From Zestosphaera tikiterensis (lineage in GTDB: Archaea > Thermoproteota > Thermoprotei_A > Sulfolobales > NBVN01), in the NCBI GenBank assembly GCA_003056265.1, contig NBVN01000002.1, positions 180,001 to 212,000 on the forward strand: DNA of 32,000 nt. The letters are read 5' to 3'. Every line of letters starts with the position of its first letter. Position 1 is the first letter of the stretch. Both the position numbers and the translations under genes were made by a program. The notes under the pieces are model-generated. The model saw only the letters and a program-made list of their open reading frames with translations. It ran no database searches and was not told the DNA's origin. Below are positions 14,042 through 23,798 of the stretch, piece by piece.

Positions 14042-15067
14042 GTGGGTGTGCTGGTTTACGCTTACCTTTCAGGTGAGCATAGGGAGTTACCTATACTTGA
14101 GCTTAAGTCGTTAATGGAAGCCGAAGATGTAGAGTATAAAGAGGTTTACGTTTTCGATCAAGTTGCGTTGATAGAGGTTCACGACGATAGACTATTTAAC
14201 GTTCTCTCCTCACGTGCCGTACTCACTAAATATGCTGGATATTTACTAGGCTTGATTGAATCAGATGGTGATGTTCACAACATCTTGAAGGCTTTAAAGA
14301 ATTCTAAACTGTGTGAGTTAGGAGGGTACAGTAAAGTAAATTTCAAGCGGGTTAAGACCTACGGTTTAGGGATAAAGTATGAAGACCTCATAACTGAAAT
14401 TAACAGGAGCTCCGCAAGCTTATGTAAGAATGTTGAAGGTAGTTATTTAGATATAATACTTACGGAAGGCGTCGCTGTCTTAGGTTTGAGGAAATTCACC
14501 AGATCTCTTGCTGACTTACGGAGTAGGGAACCAACCTCACGCCCTGTATATAGGCCAGGCACTATGACTCCGTATTGGGCTAGGGTATTCGTTAACTTAA
14601 GTAGGGCGAGCGTAAGTAAGAAACACCTACTACTAGACCCGTTCTGCGGTGTTGGGGGTTTCCTCCTTGAGTCATGTGCTATGGGTCTTAAGTATTGCGG
14701 GTTAGACATAAATGAGGATTACGTAAAGGGGGCTGTGGAAAACCTCACATACTTTAACTGCGAACCCAACGTAGTTGTTGGTGATGCTTGTAAACTACCT
14801 TTCGATAAGGTGGATGCCGTAGCTACAGACCCACCTTACGGTAGGTTAACTAAGCCGTCTGGAGTAAATGACCTGCTAGAACTTACTAAGTGCTTTATTG
14901 AAGAGTTAAGCAAAGTACTTAAGGATGGAGGTTACGCCGTCTTCGCTCAAAGATCGGACATCCCGGTGGAGGAATTCATAGAGGGGTTTGGCTTAAAACT
15001 TGTAGATAGAGTTTTAAATTGGGTCCATGGATCCTTAACGAGAAGTATATACGTCGTGAGAAAATGA
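14042..15067 (+). CDS. THUMP-domain tRNA (guanine-N2)-methyltransferase, Trm-G10/Trm11-like
   Basis: 341 aa. The N-terminal ~160 aa are THUMP-like. The SAM-binding motif is LLDPFCGVGGF and the catalytic motif is ATDPPYG. The start is a GTG. Confidence 0.85.
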   Translation: MGVLVYAYLSGEHRELPILELKSLMEAEDVEYKEVYVFDQVALIEVHDDRLFNVLSSRAVLTKYAGYLLGLIESDGDVHNILKALKNSKLCELGGYSKVNFKRVKTYGLGIKYEDLITEINRSSASLCKNVEGSYLDIILTEGVAVLGLRKFTRSLADLRSREPTSRPVYRPGTMTPYWARVFVNLSRASVSKKHLLLDPFCGVGGFLLESCAMGLKYCGLDINEDYVKGAVENLTYFNCEPNVVVGDACKLPFDKVDAVATDPPYGRLTKPSGVNDLLELTKCFIEELSKVLKDGGYAVFAQRSDIPVEEFIEGFGLKLVDRVLNWVHGSLTRSIYVVRK

Positions 15068-15954
15068 ATCCAGTAGTGTTAACTTTCTTAGGTGTTAGCG
15101 GCCCCTACCCAGGCAGTGACGACCTACCTTCAGTCCTACTAACTTACGGAAGAACCAACATACTTCTAGACGCTGGTGAAGGCATTCAAAGCAAACTCCT
15201 TAAAGTTGGGAAGAGCGTTACATCTATAAATGCCGTCTTAATAACGCATATGCACGGCGATCACGTCTTAGGTTTAGTACCGTTGATTCAGTCTAGGTCC
15301 TTAGCCGGAAGCACTACACCCTTATATTTAGTGGGTCCGGAAGGCCTTTACGAATACCTCATATGCTCTTTTAAAAACCTATATTTTGAGCCTGGTTATA
15401 AAACAGGAGTGTTTGAAGTATCGCCTCAAGCCGAAGAAGGTATATCTAAAGAGGTTGAGATCGTTGATTTAGTAAACGCTTTACCTACGCAGCCCGCAGG
15501 AGATACCCCGCTGTTGAAGTTCTCAATAAGTAAAAACTCTTTACTCAGGTTAGGTAATGACGTCTATGTTAAGCCGTTTGAAGTGAAGCACTCGATTACA
15601 GTGTTAGCGTATAGGATAGACATCAAAAGCCGGTTGGAAGGGAGAAATGTAAGCATATGCTACGTTACTGATACTCTCCCATTAGAAGAAACCGTTAAAG
15701 AATGTTATGGTGTGAATGTGTTAATTCATGACTCAACATTCGCTTCCGACTTAAACGATAAAGCGTTAGAGTATAAACACTCAACATCTATTAAAGCAGC
15801 TGAAATAGCTTTAAAGAGCCACGCTGAAATGCTCGTATTGTATCATATATCCCCGCGCTATAAAGATAAACTTAAGCTGTTATCTGAAGCTAGGTCTCTT
15901 TTCGAACACACATATATAGTTGAGAAGTACTGGAAGTTATACATTAAGGGTTAA
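15064..15954 (+). CDS. rnz: Ribonuclease Z (tRNA 3-prime endonuclease), metallo-beta-lactamase fold
   Basis: I trimmed this to the ATG at 15064, which forms an ATGA overlap with the upstream stop. Evidence includes LTFLGVSG, DAGEG, the histidine motif HMHGDH and the C-terminal HIS.RY. Confidence 0.85.
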   Translation: MNPVVLTFLGVSGPYPGSDDLPSVLLTYGRTNILLDAGEGIQSKLLKVGKSVTSINAVLITHMHGDHVLGLVPLIQSRSLAGSTTPLYLVGPEGLYEYLICSFKNLYFEPGYKTGVFEVSPQAEEGISKEVEIVDLVNALPTQPAGDTPLLKFSISKNSLLRLGNDVYVKPFEVKHSITVLAYRIDIKSRLEGRNVSICYVTDTLPLEETVKECYGVNVLIHDSTFASDLNDKALEYKHSTSIKAAEIALKSHAEMLVLYHISPRYKDKLKLLSEARSLFEHTYIVEKYWKLYIKG

Positions 15955-16391
15955 GGGTCTACTTCAGGCATAGGTCTTTCATGAATTGGATGGCCTGAGA
16001 CCGTTTTCGGCGCTAACCACTCTATAACTTCATCTATTTTATCGCTCGATATAGTAACAACTATAGGTCCTAACGGAGATTCAGAATCGTATGTAATTAA
16101 AGACACGCGACCTACGTAAGCACTTTGCTTATGTAGCTTAAATTCTACAGTAGATCCAGACTTAGATTTAATGAGCACGTTCCTTACGGCGTCAAGTATT
16201 CTCTCCTGTCTTAGGATGTCATGTAGCTTCTTTAAAGACGTGATGTTTTTAGACTCGCCAACTACTGCTTTATAAGGGTAGCTATCTATAACCTCTAACC
16301 TCTCAAATTCAAAGAGATTCTTTAAAGCTTTAAAGACTTTCTCCTCATCTTCGGTTGGTCTAAGCTCAGCCTTAACCCTCAGCAGGAACAT
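15951..16391 (-). CDS. UPF0201-family predicted RNA-binding protein
   Basis: 146 aa. The N-terminus VKAELRPTEDEEKVFKALKNLF is typical of the family, which is usually paired with a UPF0200 kinase-like gene, as it is here. The two genes overlap by 20 nt. Confidence 0.7.
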   Translation of the reverse strand: MFLLRVKAELRPTEDEEKVFKALKNLFEFERLEVIDSYPYKAVVGESKNITSLKKLHDILRQERILDAVRNVLIKSKSGSTVEFKLHKQSAYVGRVSLITYDSESPLGPIVVTISSDKIDEVIEWLAPKTVSGHPIHERPMPEVDP

Positions 16392-16932
16392 TCGCTAACA
16401 CCTTATGAATAACTTCTAAAGCTCTATTAACTAAACTCTCGAGATCCTCACCTTCGTTAACTAACATTACATCAGCTAAGGCTATAACCTCACCCACACC
16501 TAACTTAAGCTCCTTTAAATCTCTTTCAACGAACTCATCCCAGTTTTTCGGATCGTCTTCACGGCCTCTACTACTTAACCTGTAATACCTTGTTTTAGGC
16601 GATGCGTGAACAGCTACTAACAACACCTTACCCCCAGCGTTAAACTTCCTTAATTCATGAAGACTTCTAACCCCGTCTATGACGTAAACGCCGTCTTCAT
16701 TTATTTTACTCATAAGGACTTCAGCCACAACGCCAGGCCCTAATTCCTCTCTTAAACTTTTAGCGAGATTCATTAAAGAAGACCTATCAATGCTTAAACC
16801 ACGTTTAACCGCTTCTTCTCTAACAACGTCACCCATATTAAGTAACTTAGCGTTTAAAACCTCAGCTAATCTCTTAGCTACCTCCGACTTCCCAGCACCA
16901 GGCATGCCAGTAACACAGATGAAGACCTTCAA
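16372..16932 (-). CDS. UPF0200-family P-loop nucleotide kinase-like protein
   Basis: 186 aa. The P-loop is ICVTGMPGAGKSEVA with an adenylate/dephospho-CoA kinase-like layout. The only possible start that keeps the strand before the P-loop is the TTG at 16932. Confidence 0.8.
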   Translation of the reverse strand: MKVFICVTGMPGAGKSEVAKRLAEVLNAKLLNMGDVVREEAVKRGLSIDRSSLMNLAKSLREELGPGVVAEVLMSKINEDGVYVIDGVRSLHELRKFNAGGKVLLVAVHASPKTRYYRLSSRGREDDPKNWDEFVERDLKELKLGVGEVIALADVMLVNEGEDLESLVNRALEVIHKVLANVPAEG

Positions 16933-17149
16933 CTTTAACGACCTACCTTAATTAACTTACTTGACGTAGTTTTTAGCTTTTAAACAATTAAACACACATG
17001 ATTTTAAGTAAGTAATACGGCATTACTTAAATTCGCTAATGGATAAGGTATTACTTTAATAAACTTACGTCTTGGTCTGTAATACCAAAACGTATTTAGA
17101 AGGCTTTAAGTTATCTAACCCTTCACGAAAGAATTAACTTGGTGTCTTA

Positions 17150-17407
17150 ATGCCTATAATATACAAGTGTGGTGGATGTGGAGAGATTATCTACGTATTT
17201 CATAGAGTCGGTCAAGATAGCTTCGGAGTTCCTACACCTGAAGAGCTATTCTATAAAGTAGGTAGTAAATGCCCGAAATGCGGGAAACCCTTTAAAATAC
17301 CAACGTATGAAGACATCGTAATATTAGGAAGGACTAAGAAAGTCAAAGAATTCAACGCTGCACACTTAATGAACTATAGGGTTGAAGCAGCTTTAACGCA
17401 ACCATAA
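17150..17407 (+). CDS. Small zinc-ribbon protein of unknown function
   Basis: 85 aa with knuckles CGGCG and CPKCG separated by ~30 aa. I recognise no family. Confidence 0.55.
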   Translation: MPIIYKCGGCGEIIYVFHRVGQDSFGVPTPEELFYKVGSKCPKCGKPFKIPTYEDIVILGRTKKVKEFNAAHLMNYRVEAALTQP

Positions 17408-17521
17408 ACCCTTAACATTCTTAAACTCAATCGTTTAACCACCTCTTCTGTACTTTATTATGATTATACCGAAGCTCTTGATAGAATGCGTTAACGTTAA
17501 ATAACTTAATAAGTAAATCTT

Positions 17522-17580
17522 TATTGATGATGAAGGTTGAAAGCGATGAACACGTGATTGTAGGCTGGGGTCTGATTTAA
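17522..17580 (+). ncRNA. Candidate C/D-box sRNA (2-prime-O-methylation guide)
   Basis: The layout is: C box ATGATGA (17527-17533), 12-nt spacer AGGTTGAAAGCG, D-prime ATGA (17546-17549), 4-nt linker, C-prime GTGATTG (17554-17560), 11-nt spacer TAGGCTGGGGT, D box CTGA (17572-17575). The spacing matches archaeal C/D sRNAs. The internal boxes are degenerate, I see no clear terminal stem, and the candidate lies in an intergenic region. Confidence 0.45.
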
Positions 17581-17683
17581 AGCAATCGAAGATTGGAATC
17601 TCAATACAATCTTAACCTACCTAGGTCTTTGAATATGTTTCGGTTGTAGTTGAATTTATTAATGTTATATGTTGTTGTTTTAA

Positions 17684-17998
17684 ATGGTGTTAGACTTGGT
17701 TCGATGCCCTTCCTGTGGAGCTGATGTAAAGCCTGAAACGACTTGGCAGGTGGTGAGCCCCTTACCAGACGCCGAGGGTAGGATAACTATAACTGTTATG
17801 GGTACCTTTACATGCCCTTCATGCGGTCATAAATGGAAGGGTAAGGTCTCGTCGATTAAAGTAGGGCCTGAAGGTGAGGTTTCCTTCGGTGAGGAACGAA
17901 AGAAAAGAACGAGTAAGGAGAAGAAATCTAAAGGAAGTGAATACACAGGAAAAGTTATAGAGTTAGATATCTCTGAGATCTTGAGTGAGGAAGAGTGA
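17684..17998 (+). CDS. Zinc-ribbon protein with a Lys-rich then acidic tail, coupled to signal peptidase
   Basis: 104 aa. It has knuckles CPSCG and CPSCG and a tail EERKKRTSKEKKSKG...SEILSEEE. Its stop overlaps the next gene's start (GTGA). Confidence 0.65.
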   Translation: MVLDLVRCPSCGADVKPETTWQVVSPLPDAEGRITITVMGTFTCPSCGHKWKGKVSSIKVGPEGEVSFGEERKKRTSKEKKSKGSEYTGKVIELDISEILSEEE

Positions 17999-18414
17999 CG
18001 TTAAAAACAAGAAGTTTTTTAGAATTGTTGATGCTTACGCTACTTATTCTATTAATAGTATTAACGTCATCTAAGGCCATAATGTTTGCTGTAGTTGAAG
18101 GGAGGTCTATGGAGCCACTCCTTCAAACAGGTGATATAGTTTTAGTGGTTAACACGGACGTAGGAAGACTCAACGTTGGCGATGTCGTAGTTTATGAAAA
18201 AGCTGACGGAACGTACATAATACATAGAATAATAGGGATAAATAACGCTAACTCATGCTTTATAATAAAAGGCGATAACAACTTAATGCCTGATGGATGT
18301 ATAGCAAGCTCTAAAATCGTAGGGAAGGTATTGAGTGTAGGTACATCAGTCGTTAAAGTACCTGCGCTTGGATACATAACCTTACTATTTAAAGCTTTAT
18401 TTAAGACTACTTAA
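17995..18414 (+). CDS. Signal peptidase I, archaeal/eukaryal Sec11 (S26B) type
   Basis: 139 aa. It has an N-terminal TM anchor, the catalytic Ser box VVEGRSMEPLL, the His box YIIHRIIG and the GDNN box IIKGDNN. Confidence 0.85.
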   Translation: MTLKTRSFLELLMLTLLILLIVLTSSKAIMFAVVEGRSMEPLLQTGDIVLVVNTDVGRLNVGDVVVYEKADGTYIIHRIIGINNANSCFIIKGDNNLMPDGCIASSKIVGKVLSVGTSVVKVPALGYITLLFKALFKTT

Positions 18415-20422
18415 ATAAAGTTAATACTTCCTTAACGTAAGTACCGCATAAAGACGTTTTACTTAATTCTTCAACATAAGATTTGAAGTCTAACCCAGCA
18501 CGTTCCTTCCAAACGTTAAACTTACGTATTACGTTTTGATAAGCTATGCCGTGAAACTCACATAGGTTATTCCCGTTTATGACGTATTTAACGCTTCTAC
18601 TACATAAAACACATCTACGCTTACCAACACCTTCACCACTAAGTTCTAACAACTTACTTAAGTCTTTATCTTCAAGTAAGTTCTTCACACTTAATAAACG
18701 TGGCTTAAGTAGCTTAATAGCGTCTTCAATAACCTCACCTCTCTTGATTTGATTACTTATGATCTTATTGAGTTTATCTTCAAACTCTCTTGTTAGTTGA
18801 ACGCTTGATAACTCTGCGAATAAATTCATCAACACGTTAGCGATTTTAATGCCTAAATCCGTAATATCTAAGCCATTCCTAACCTGTTTTAAATATCCTC
18901 TCTTAAAAAGCGTTTCTATAATTTCAGCCCTCGTAGCTTCGGTTCCTATGTTTTCGGATTCCATCCATTTCAGTAGTGTTGATTTATTATATCTGGGCGG
19001 CGGTCTACTGAAAGTCTTAATTAAGATAGCACGCTCAACTTTAACTTTAGAACCTACCCTAACGTTTAAATCACCTAAGCCAACATAGTTTTTAAGTTGA
19101 TTAGGGTATAAACCCATCCAACCCTCCTTAAGCACTTCTTGAGTTGTGTAGGAGAAATTATATAGGGATGCCTTAAAGCTAATCTTAACTACGTTAATCA
19201 CTGCTGGATCGCTTAACGAAGCTAAATACCTACGGACTATTAAGTCGTAAATAAGGCTTTCCTTATCGGTAAGCTTCCTCCTAGGTAAGTATCCAGTAGG
19301 GTATATGGCTGGGTGGGCACTATCTTCCTTAACTCCTTCCACAGGTTCTAAAACACGTTTCTTCATTAGAACCTCGTCTATGTATTCCCTATAGTCTTTT
19401 ATATTACGTAAAGACTTGATTATGCTTAAGTGATTTAAGTCTTTAGGTAGTTTCTGTGAATTGGTTCTTGGATAGCTTATTAACTGATCAAGATAGAGGG
19501 ATTCCGCCACACGTAAAGTCTCAGACGGCGACATCTTAAAAAGTCTATAAGCCTCATACTGAAGGTCTGAAAGATTGAAAGGTGGTGGGGGGTTTAACCT
19601 CCTGCTTTCTTTAACTACGTTAACCACTTCTAGAAAGCCTACCTTCCTTAACTCCTTAAGTATGTTTTCAGCACGTGATTTAGTTAGTGGTGGTTCAAAC
19701 TCGTTTTCAAGCTTTACCTTCCTACCGTTTAAGGTTACGTAGACAGCAACGTTGAAAGATACTTCAGGTACGAAAGTCTCTATCTCCACATGTCTTTTAA
19801 GTACTTCAATAAGCGTTGGTGATTGAACTCGACCAGCACTTAACACGAAACTCTCATTAAATACTGTTTTGTAGTAATCCATTAAAGCCCTACTAACGTT
19901 AATACCCCAAACCCAATCTAACTCATGCCTACATAAACCAGCTTCAACGAGGTCTAGGTCTAAAGGCTGTAGCTTATCGAAAGCTTTAATTAACTCCTCC
20001 TTGGTTAACGAAGAGAACTTAACCCTCTTAGATTTCCTTACATCGCCGAAGTGTTTAATTATGAGGTAACCTATGACGGAACCTTCTATATCGTAATCAC
20101 ATGCGTTAATGAATTCGTCGGCGTTTTTAGCTAAACTCCTTAAAACGTTGAAGTACTCCCTCGTATGTTTTGAGTTTTTATCTACTTCCCACCTAGGAAC
20201 CCAAAAATAGTTGAAGACTGGATAACCTTTCTCATTCGTTGCTAATGAAAACAGATGTCCTGCCGCGGGAGCTACGATAGCTTTACGACCTTTGAAAAAA
20301 CCCTCCCAAATCGGTACCCTACCTAAGACTTTCCTACTCGATATACCTAAAGCTTGAGCTATCTTTGACGCAGCCTTGGGTTTCTCAGCAATTATCAATA
20401 CGTAGCTAGCGTTACTCATCAA
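18407..20422 (-). CDS. topA: Type IA DNA topoisomerase (crenarchaeal topoisomerase III-like)
   Basis: 671 aa. The Toprim start is LIIAEKPKAASKIA, the DxD region is ACDYDIEGS, the active-site Tyr region is LISYPRTNSQKLP, and there is a C-terminal Cys/His zinc motif. The 3-prime end converges on the signal peptidase gene with an 8-nt overlap. Confidence 0.95.
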   Translation of the reverse strand: MMSNASYVLIIAEKPKAASKIAQALGISSRKVLGRVPIWEGFFKGRKAIVAPAAGHLFSLATNEKGYPVFNYFWVPRWEVDKNSKHTREYFNVLRSLAKNADEFINACDYDIEGSVIGYLIIKHFGDVRKSKRVKFSSLTKEELIKAFDKLQPLDLDLVEAGLCRHELDWVWGINVSRALMDYYKTVFNESFVLSAGRVQSPTLIEVLKRHVEIETFVPEVSFNVAVYVTLNGRKVKLENEFEPPLTKSRAENILKELRKVGFLEVVNVVKESRRLNPPPPFNLSDLQYEAYRLFKMSPSETLRVAESLYLDQLISYPRTNSQKLPKDLNHLSIIKSLRNIKDYREYIDEVLMKKRVLEPVEGVKEDSAHPAIYPTGYLPRRKLTDKESLIYDLIVRRYLASLSDPAVINVVKISFKASLYNFSYTTQEVLKEGWMGLYPNQLKNYVGLGDLNVRVGSKVKVERAILIKTFSRPPPRYNKSTLLKWMESENIGTEATRAEIIETLFKRGYLKQVRNGLDITDLGIKIANVLMNLFAELSSVQLTREFEDKLNKIISNQIKRGEVIEDAIKLLKPRLLSVKNLLEDKDLSKLLELSGEGVGKRRCVLCSRSVKYVINGNNLCEFHGIAYQNVIRKFNVWKERAGLDFKSYVEELSKTSLCGTYVKEVLTLFK

Positions 20423-20443
20423 CGACCTCCACGAAACTTATCT

Positions 20444-21583
20444 TCATATAATTACTACTGGGAAGGTTGCCGTTAAAAGGAGTAAGTAAAGTAAAGTTAT
20501 AAAGCGTTTATCCCTAGAGTTAAGAACGGATAACGTGTTAGCAGCGCCAAAGTGAGGCCCCCTCCCAGATATGAGTAAAGCAATAACGCTAAACACACCT
20601 AACCAAGCCAATTCCCTAATAGCTAACGAGACTGTAATGCCCGCTAAAGCTACAATAAGTGAAGTCGTTGAATGCGTTTTAACGCTCGTTAAAGCTCTGA
20701 AGACATGACCTCCGTCCAACTGACCTATAGGGAGTAAGTTAGCGAAGTGAACTATTAGTATTAAATAAGCGGAAAGCGCTATAGGGTTCAATATTACTAC
20801 CTCCGTGGGTTTGGTTAGGAGGGCATCTATAGCTAAAGCCGATAACGGAGCTATGTTAATCGTCGATATTAAGTTGCTCTCAATAGCTTGGGAAACGACG
20901 TTCAGAGGTAATGTTGGGGATGTAACGTATCCAACTAAATAAGCTATTATCGAGAAGGTCACGCCAGCTAAAGGTCCGGAAATACCCATTAAAGCTAAGT
21001 CTTTTAAGTTTTTGGGTAAGTGCCTAATTTGAATTACCGCACCGAAGGTGCCTAGAGGTGATATGAAAGGTGCTGGGATAGGTAAGGGCGTTGTTGTGGG
21101 GACTTTCAACCTAAGGTTCGTAACGTAGTGGCTTAACTCATGAGCCATTAAAGGAGTGAGGACAACCCCAACGAAAAGTATCGTCCCCACTATAGGGTCG
21201 AAAAGCTCTATATTTAAGCCTAACTTAAGGTTAAGTAGTGAAACGCTTTCATTATAACTTAATATCGTGTAATATCCCGTAATAGCTACTGAAGCTATCG
21301 TAGCTATAAACAATATTAAAGTAAGTTGGAGTTTAGACTTCATATTGACTTGACGTTTAGCAAACCTCAGCAAAAGCATGTTATCGTGTTTTATTAATAC
21401 TGTGTTGAAACCCTTCGAAACAACCTCATCGTATATTGAGGAGAAGGCTTCATCTAAGTTAACGGCTTGATGAGGTTCTACAATGTACTCCAATACCCTC
21501 TCATCTTCGTAGGAAAGGACGTAAGTGAAAAACCTACTCATTAACTGCTCTATTTCCTCTTTAGTTAACTCCTTGCCAAGCAA
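20444..21583 (-). CDS. Site-2 protease family (M50) intramembrane metalloprotease
   Basis: 379 aa and polytopic. It has HELSHY (HExxH) and NLLPIGQLDGGH (NxxPxxxLDG). The start is ambiguous between the TTG at 21583 and the ATG at 21541. Confidence 0.85.
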   Translation of the reverse strand: MLGKELTKEEIEQLMSRFFTYVLSYEDERVLEYIVEPHQAVNLDEAFSSIYDEVVSKGFNTVLIKHDNMLLLRFAKRQVNMKSKLQLTLILFIATIASVAITGYYTILSYNESVSLLNLKLGLNIELFDPIVGTILFVGVVLTPLMAHELSHYVTNLRLKVPTTTPLPIPAPFISPLGTFGAVIQIRHLPKNLKDLALMGISGPLAGVTFSIIAYLVGYVTSPTLPLNVVSQAIESNLISTINIAPLSALAIDALLTKPTEVVILNPIALSAYLILIVHFANLLPIGQLDGGHVFRALTSVKTHSTTSLIVALAGITVSLAIRELAWLGVFSVIALLISGRGPHFGAANTLSVLNSRDKRFITLLYLLLLTATFPVVII

Positions 21584-21604
21584 GACTTACTCAACACCTA
21601 CGAC

Positions 21605-21913
21605 CTATATAGTAACCCTACCAAAAATCTTCTTCTCAAGCTCAACTAATTTACTTACAGGTAATAACTCAACCTCACCTGAAGGCAACCGCCTAACGAC
21701 AGTTATAGGGAGTACGCCCCTCTTAAGCTCTTCCTTAGCTATCTCAACAGGATCTTTAGGTAAGTTCTTAATATCTATTAAGGGTATAGCACCTAAACTT
21801 AACTGCAGCGCTCTAGCAGCTACGATCCTCGCTTTCTCATATCTAGTTAGCCTGTAGGGCTTCGCCTTAATCTGAACTTTCTTAAGCAACTCAATCAAGT
21901 CTTCACTCATCAC
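21605..21913 (-). CDS. rpoK: DNA-directed RNA polymerase subunit K (Rpo6/RpoK)
   Basis: 102 aa with the family core [21 protein letters not shown]. Confidence 0.9.
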   Translation of the reverse strand: MMSEDLIELLKKVQIKAKPYRLTRYEKARIVAARALQLSLGAIPLIDIKNLPKDPVEIAKEELKRGVLPITVVRRLPSGEVELLPVSKLVELEKKIFGRVTI

Positions 21914-21990
21914 ACACTACCTTATCCTAATACAGGTTTAACCTTTAAAAGAATTTAACGTTTAAAAACTTACGCATTACGTTTTAAGAG

Positions 21991-23676
21991 TTAATCGAAT
22001 TCGTACTTACCGGGTTCCGGCGCTTTCTCCCCGCCTTTCTCCTTCTCCTCTTTCTTAAGTGGGCTGGCCGCTATGACGTCATCAACCTTAAGTATTGCTG
22101 TAGCGGCTTCTGTAGCGGCTTTAATTATCTGCTTCTTAACGATTACAGGATCCATAACCTTCAAAGCCATTATATCCTCAACTACCCTACCTCCTAACAC
22201 GTCAACGCCGGCGTTAACCTTACCTTCGCTGTGTAATCTCCTTAACTCCATCACACTCTGTAACGGATCTACACCAGCTGTTTGAGCAAGTATTGAAGCG
22301 ATCTCCTCTAAAGCGTCGGCAAACGCCTGAATAGCTAACTGCTCCTTACCGCTAACTTCCTCGGCTTTCTTCCTCAACCTTAAAGCTAACTCTACCTCTG
22401 TAGCACCACCTCCGGGAACGATCTTAGGATCTCTAAGTATGTTTCTAACCGCGTGTAGAGCGTCGTTAAACGATCTCTCAGCGTCGTCTATGACCATATC
22501 GCTAGATCCTCTTATAAGTATAGTAACGGCTCTCGGGTTCTTACAGCCCTCAACGAAAGTCATCTTCTCGTTGCCTACCCTCCTCTCCTCTACTAGTTCT
22601 GCGTATCCTAGGTCGTTCGGCGTTAAGTCCCTAATACTGGTTACTATTCTTCCTCCTGTTGCTCTTTCTAGTTTTTCCATGTCTGATCTTTTAACTCTTC
22701 TTACTGCTAGTATTCCTTTCTTTGCTAGGAAGTGTTGAGCTACGTCATCAATACCCTTCTGACAAATAACAACATTAGCACCAGTAGCAGCAATCTTCTC
22801 AACCATATCCTTAAGTAATTTAGTCTCCTCCTCAAGGAAGGACTTAATCTGATCGGGAGACGTTATGTTTATCTTAGCGGTTATGTCGGGCTTCTCGATT
22901 TCTAACGGCGCGTCTATTAAAGCTATCTTAGCTTTCTCAACCCTCTTAGGCATCCCAGGATGAACAACTTCCTTATCCAACACAATACCGTCAACCAACT
23001 TAGTCTCAGCTAAAGACGCACCTTTCTTCTTCTCAATCTTTATATTATCAAGCTTGACGTCGTAAGTTCCGTCAGGCCTTCTTTCAGCGGCTTTCAAAGC
23101 CGCCTCAATACTTAAGTCAACCATGTAATCAACTATGTCCGGCGTGGCTATGTATTTAGAAGCTAACGTGGAATACACGATTTTCTTAAGCTCTTGCTTT
23201 GTTTTCTCAAGTTCTTCAGGCTTACTTAAATCACCAACGAACACTTTCTGACCTATCTCGTCAAGCAACTCTAAAGCTAGTGAAGCTGCTTTCTTATAGC
23301 CTTCAATAATTATAGTTGGGTGTATGTTCTGATCCAGTAGTGACTCAGCCTTAGCTAATAACTCACCAGCTAACACAACAGCTGATGTAGTTCCGTCACC
23401 TACCTCAGCATCCGTGGCTTTAGCTGTTTCAACTAATAACTTAGCTGCCGGATGCTGAACCTCCATCTCCTTAACTATAGCTGCTCCGTCGTTCGTTATA
23501 GTGATGTCGCCGAAGGAATCAACCAACATCTTATCTAATCCTCTAGGGCCTAAGCTAGTTTTAAGTATCTCCGCTAAAGCTCTAGCAGCAACTATGTTGT
23601 TTCTTAACGCTTCCCTACCGTACGATCTTTGCGTACCTTCCTTAAGTATTACTACAGGTATTCCGTAAACACTCAT
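21991..23676 (-). CDS. ths: Thermosome subunit (group II chaperonin)
   Basis: 561 aa with [41 protein letters not shown] and a Lys/Glu-rich tail. Confidence 0.97.
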   Translation of the reverse strand: MSVYGIPVVILKEGTQRSYGREALRNNIVAARALAEILKTSLGPRGLDKMLVDSFGDITITNDGAAIVKEMEVQHPAAKLLVETAKATDAEVGDGTTSAVVLAGELLAKAESLLDQNIHPTIIIEGYKKAASLALELLDEIGQKVFVGDLSKPEELEKTKQELKKIVYSTLASKYIATPDIVDYMVDLSIEAALKAAERRPDGTYDVKLDNIKIEKKKGASLAETKLVDGIVLDKEVVHPGMPKRVEKAKIALIDAPLEIEKPDITAKINITSPDQIKSFLEEETKLLKDMVEKIAATGANVVICQKGIDDVAQHFLAKKGILAVRRVKRSDMEKLERATGGRIVTSIRDLTPNDLGYAELVEERRVGNEKMTFVEGCKNPRAVTILIRGSSDMVIDDAERSFNDALHAVRNILRDPKIVPGGGATEVELALRLRKKAEEVSGKEQLAIQAFADALEEIASILAQTAGVDPLQSVMELRRLHSEGKVNAGVDVLGGRVVEDIMALKVMDPVIVKKQIIKAATEAATAILKVDDVIAASPLKKEEKEKGGEKAPEPGKYEFD

Positions 23677-23798
23677 GAGTTAACCCCATAAAACACACAT
23701 TAACTGGTTCTATATAAGCTTTTCGGTCTTTAAAAACGAAAGACTTATTAACCACAAACACATCCTCAAGTAGGGGTTTTAATCACGTAAATAAAGAT

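Noticed and set aside
14443-14709. 88-aa minus-strand ORF inside the methyltransferase gene
   Set aside because: It is an antisense shadow ORF.
15019-15063. 15-codon upstream extension of RNase Z
   Set aside because: It overlaps the end of the methyltransferase gene. The ATG at 15064 forms an ATGA stop/start overlap and gives the usual N-terminus directly before the first beta-strand.
18192-19088. Shadow ORFs 18192-18377 (minus) and 18849-19088 (plus)
   Set aside because: They lie antisense to the signal peptidase and topoisomerase genes respectively.
21525-22738. Plus-strand ORFs 21525-21857, 22073-22285 and 22439-22738
   Set aside because: They are antisense to rpoK, the M50 protease and the thermosome genes, and have Ser/Thr/Leu-rich products.
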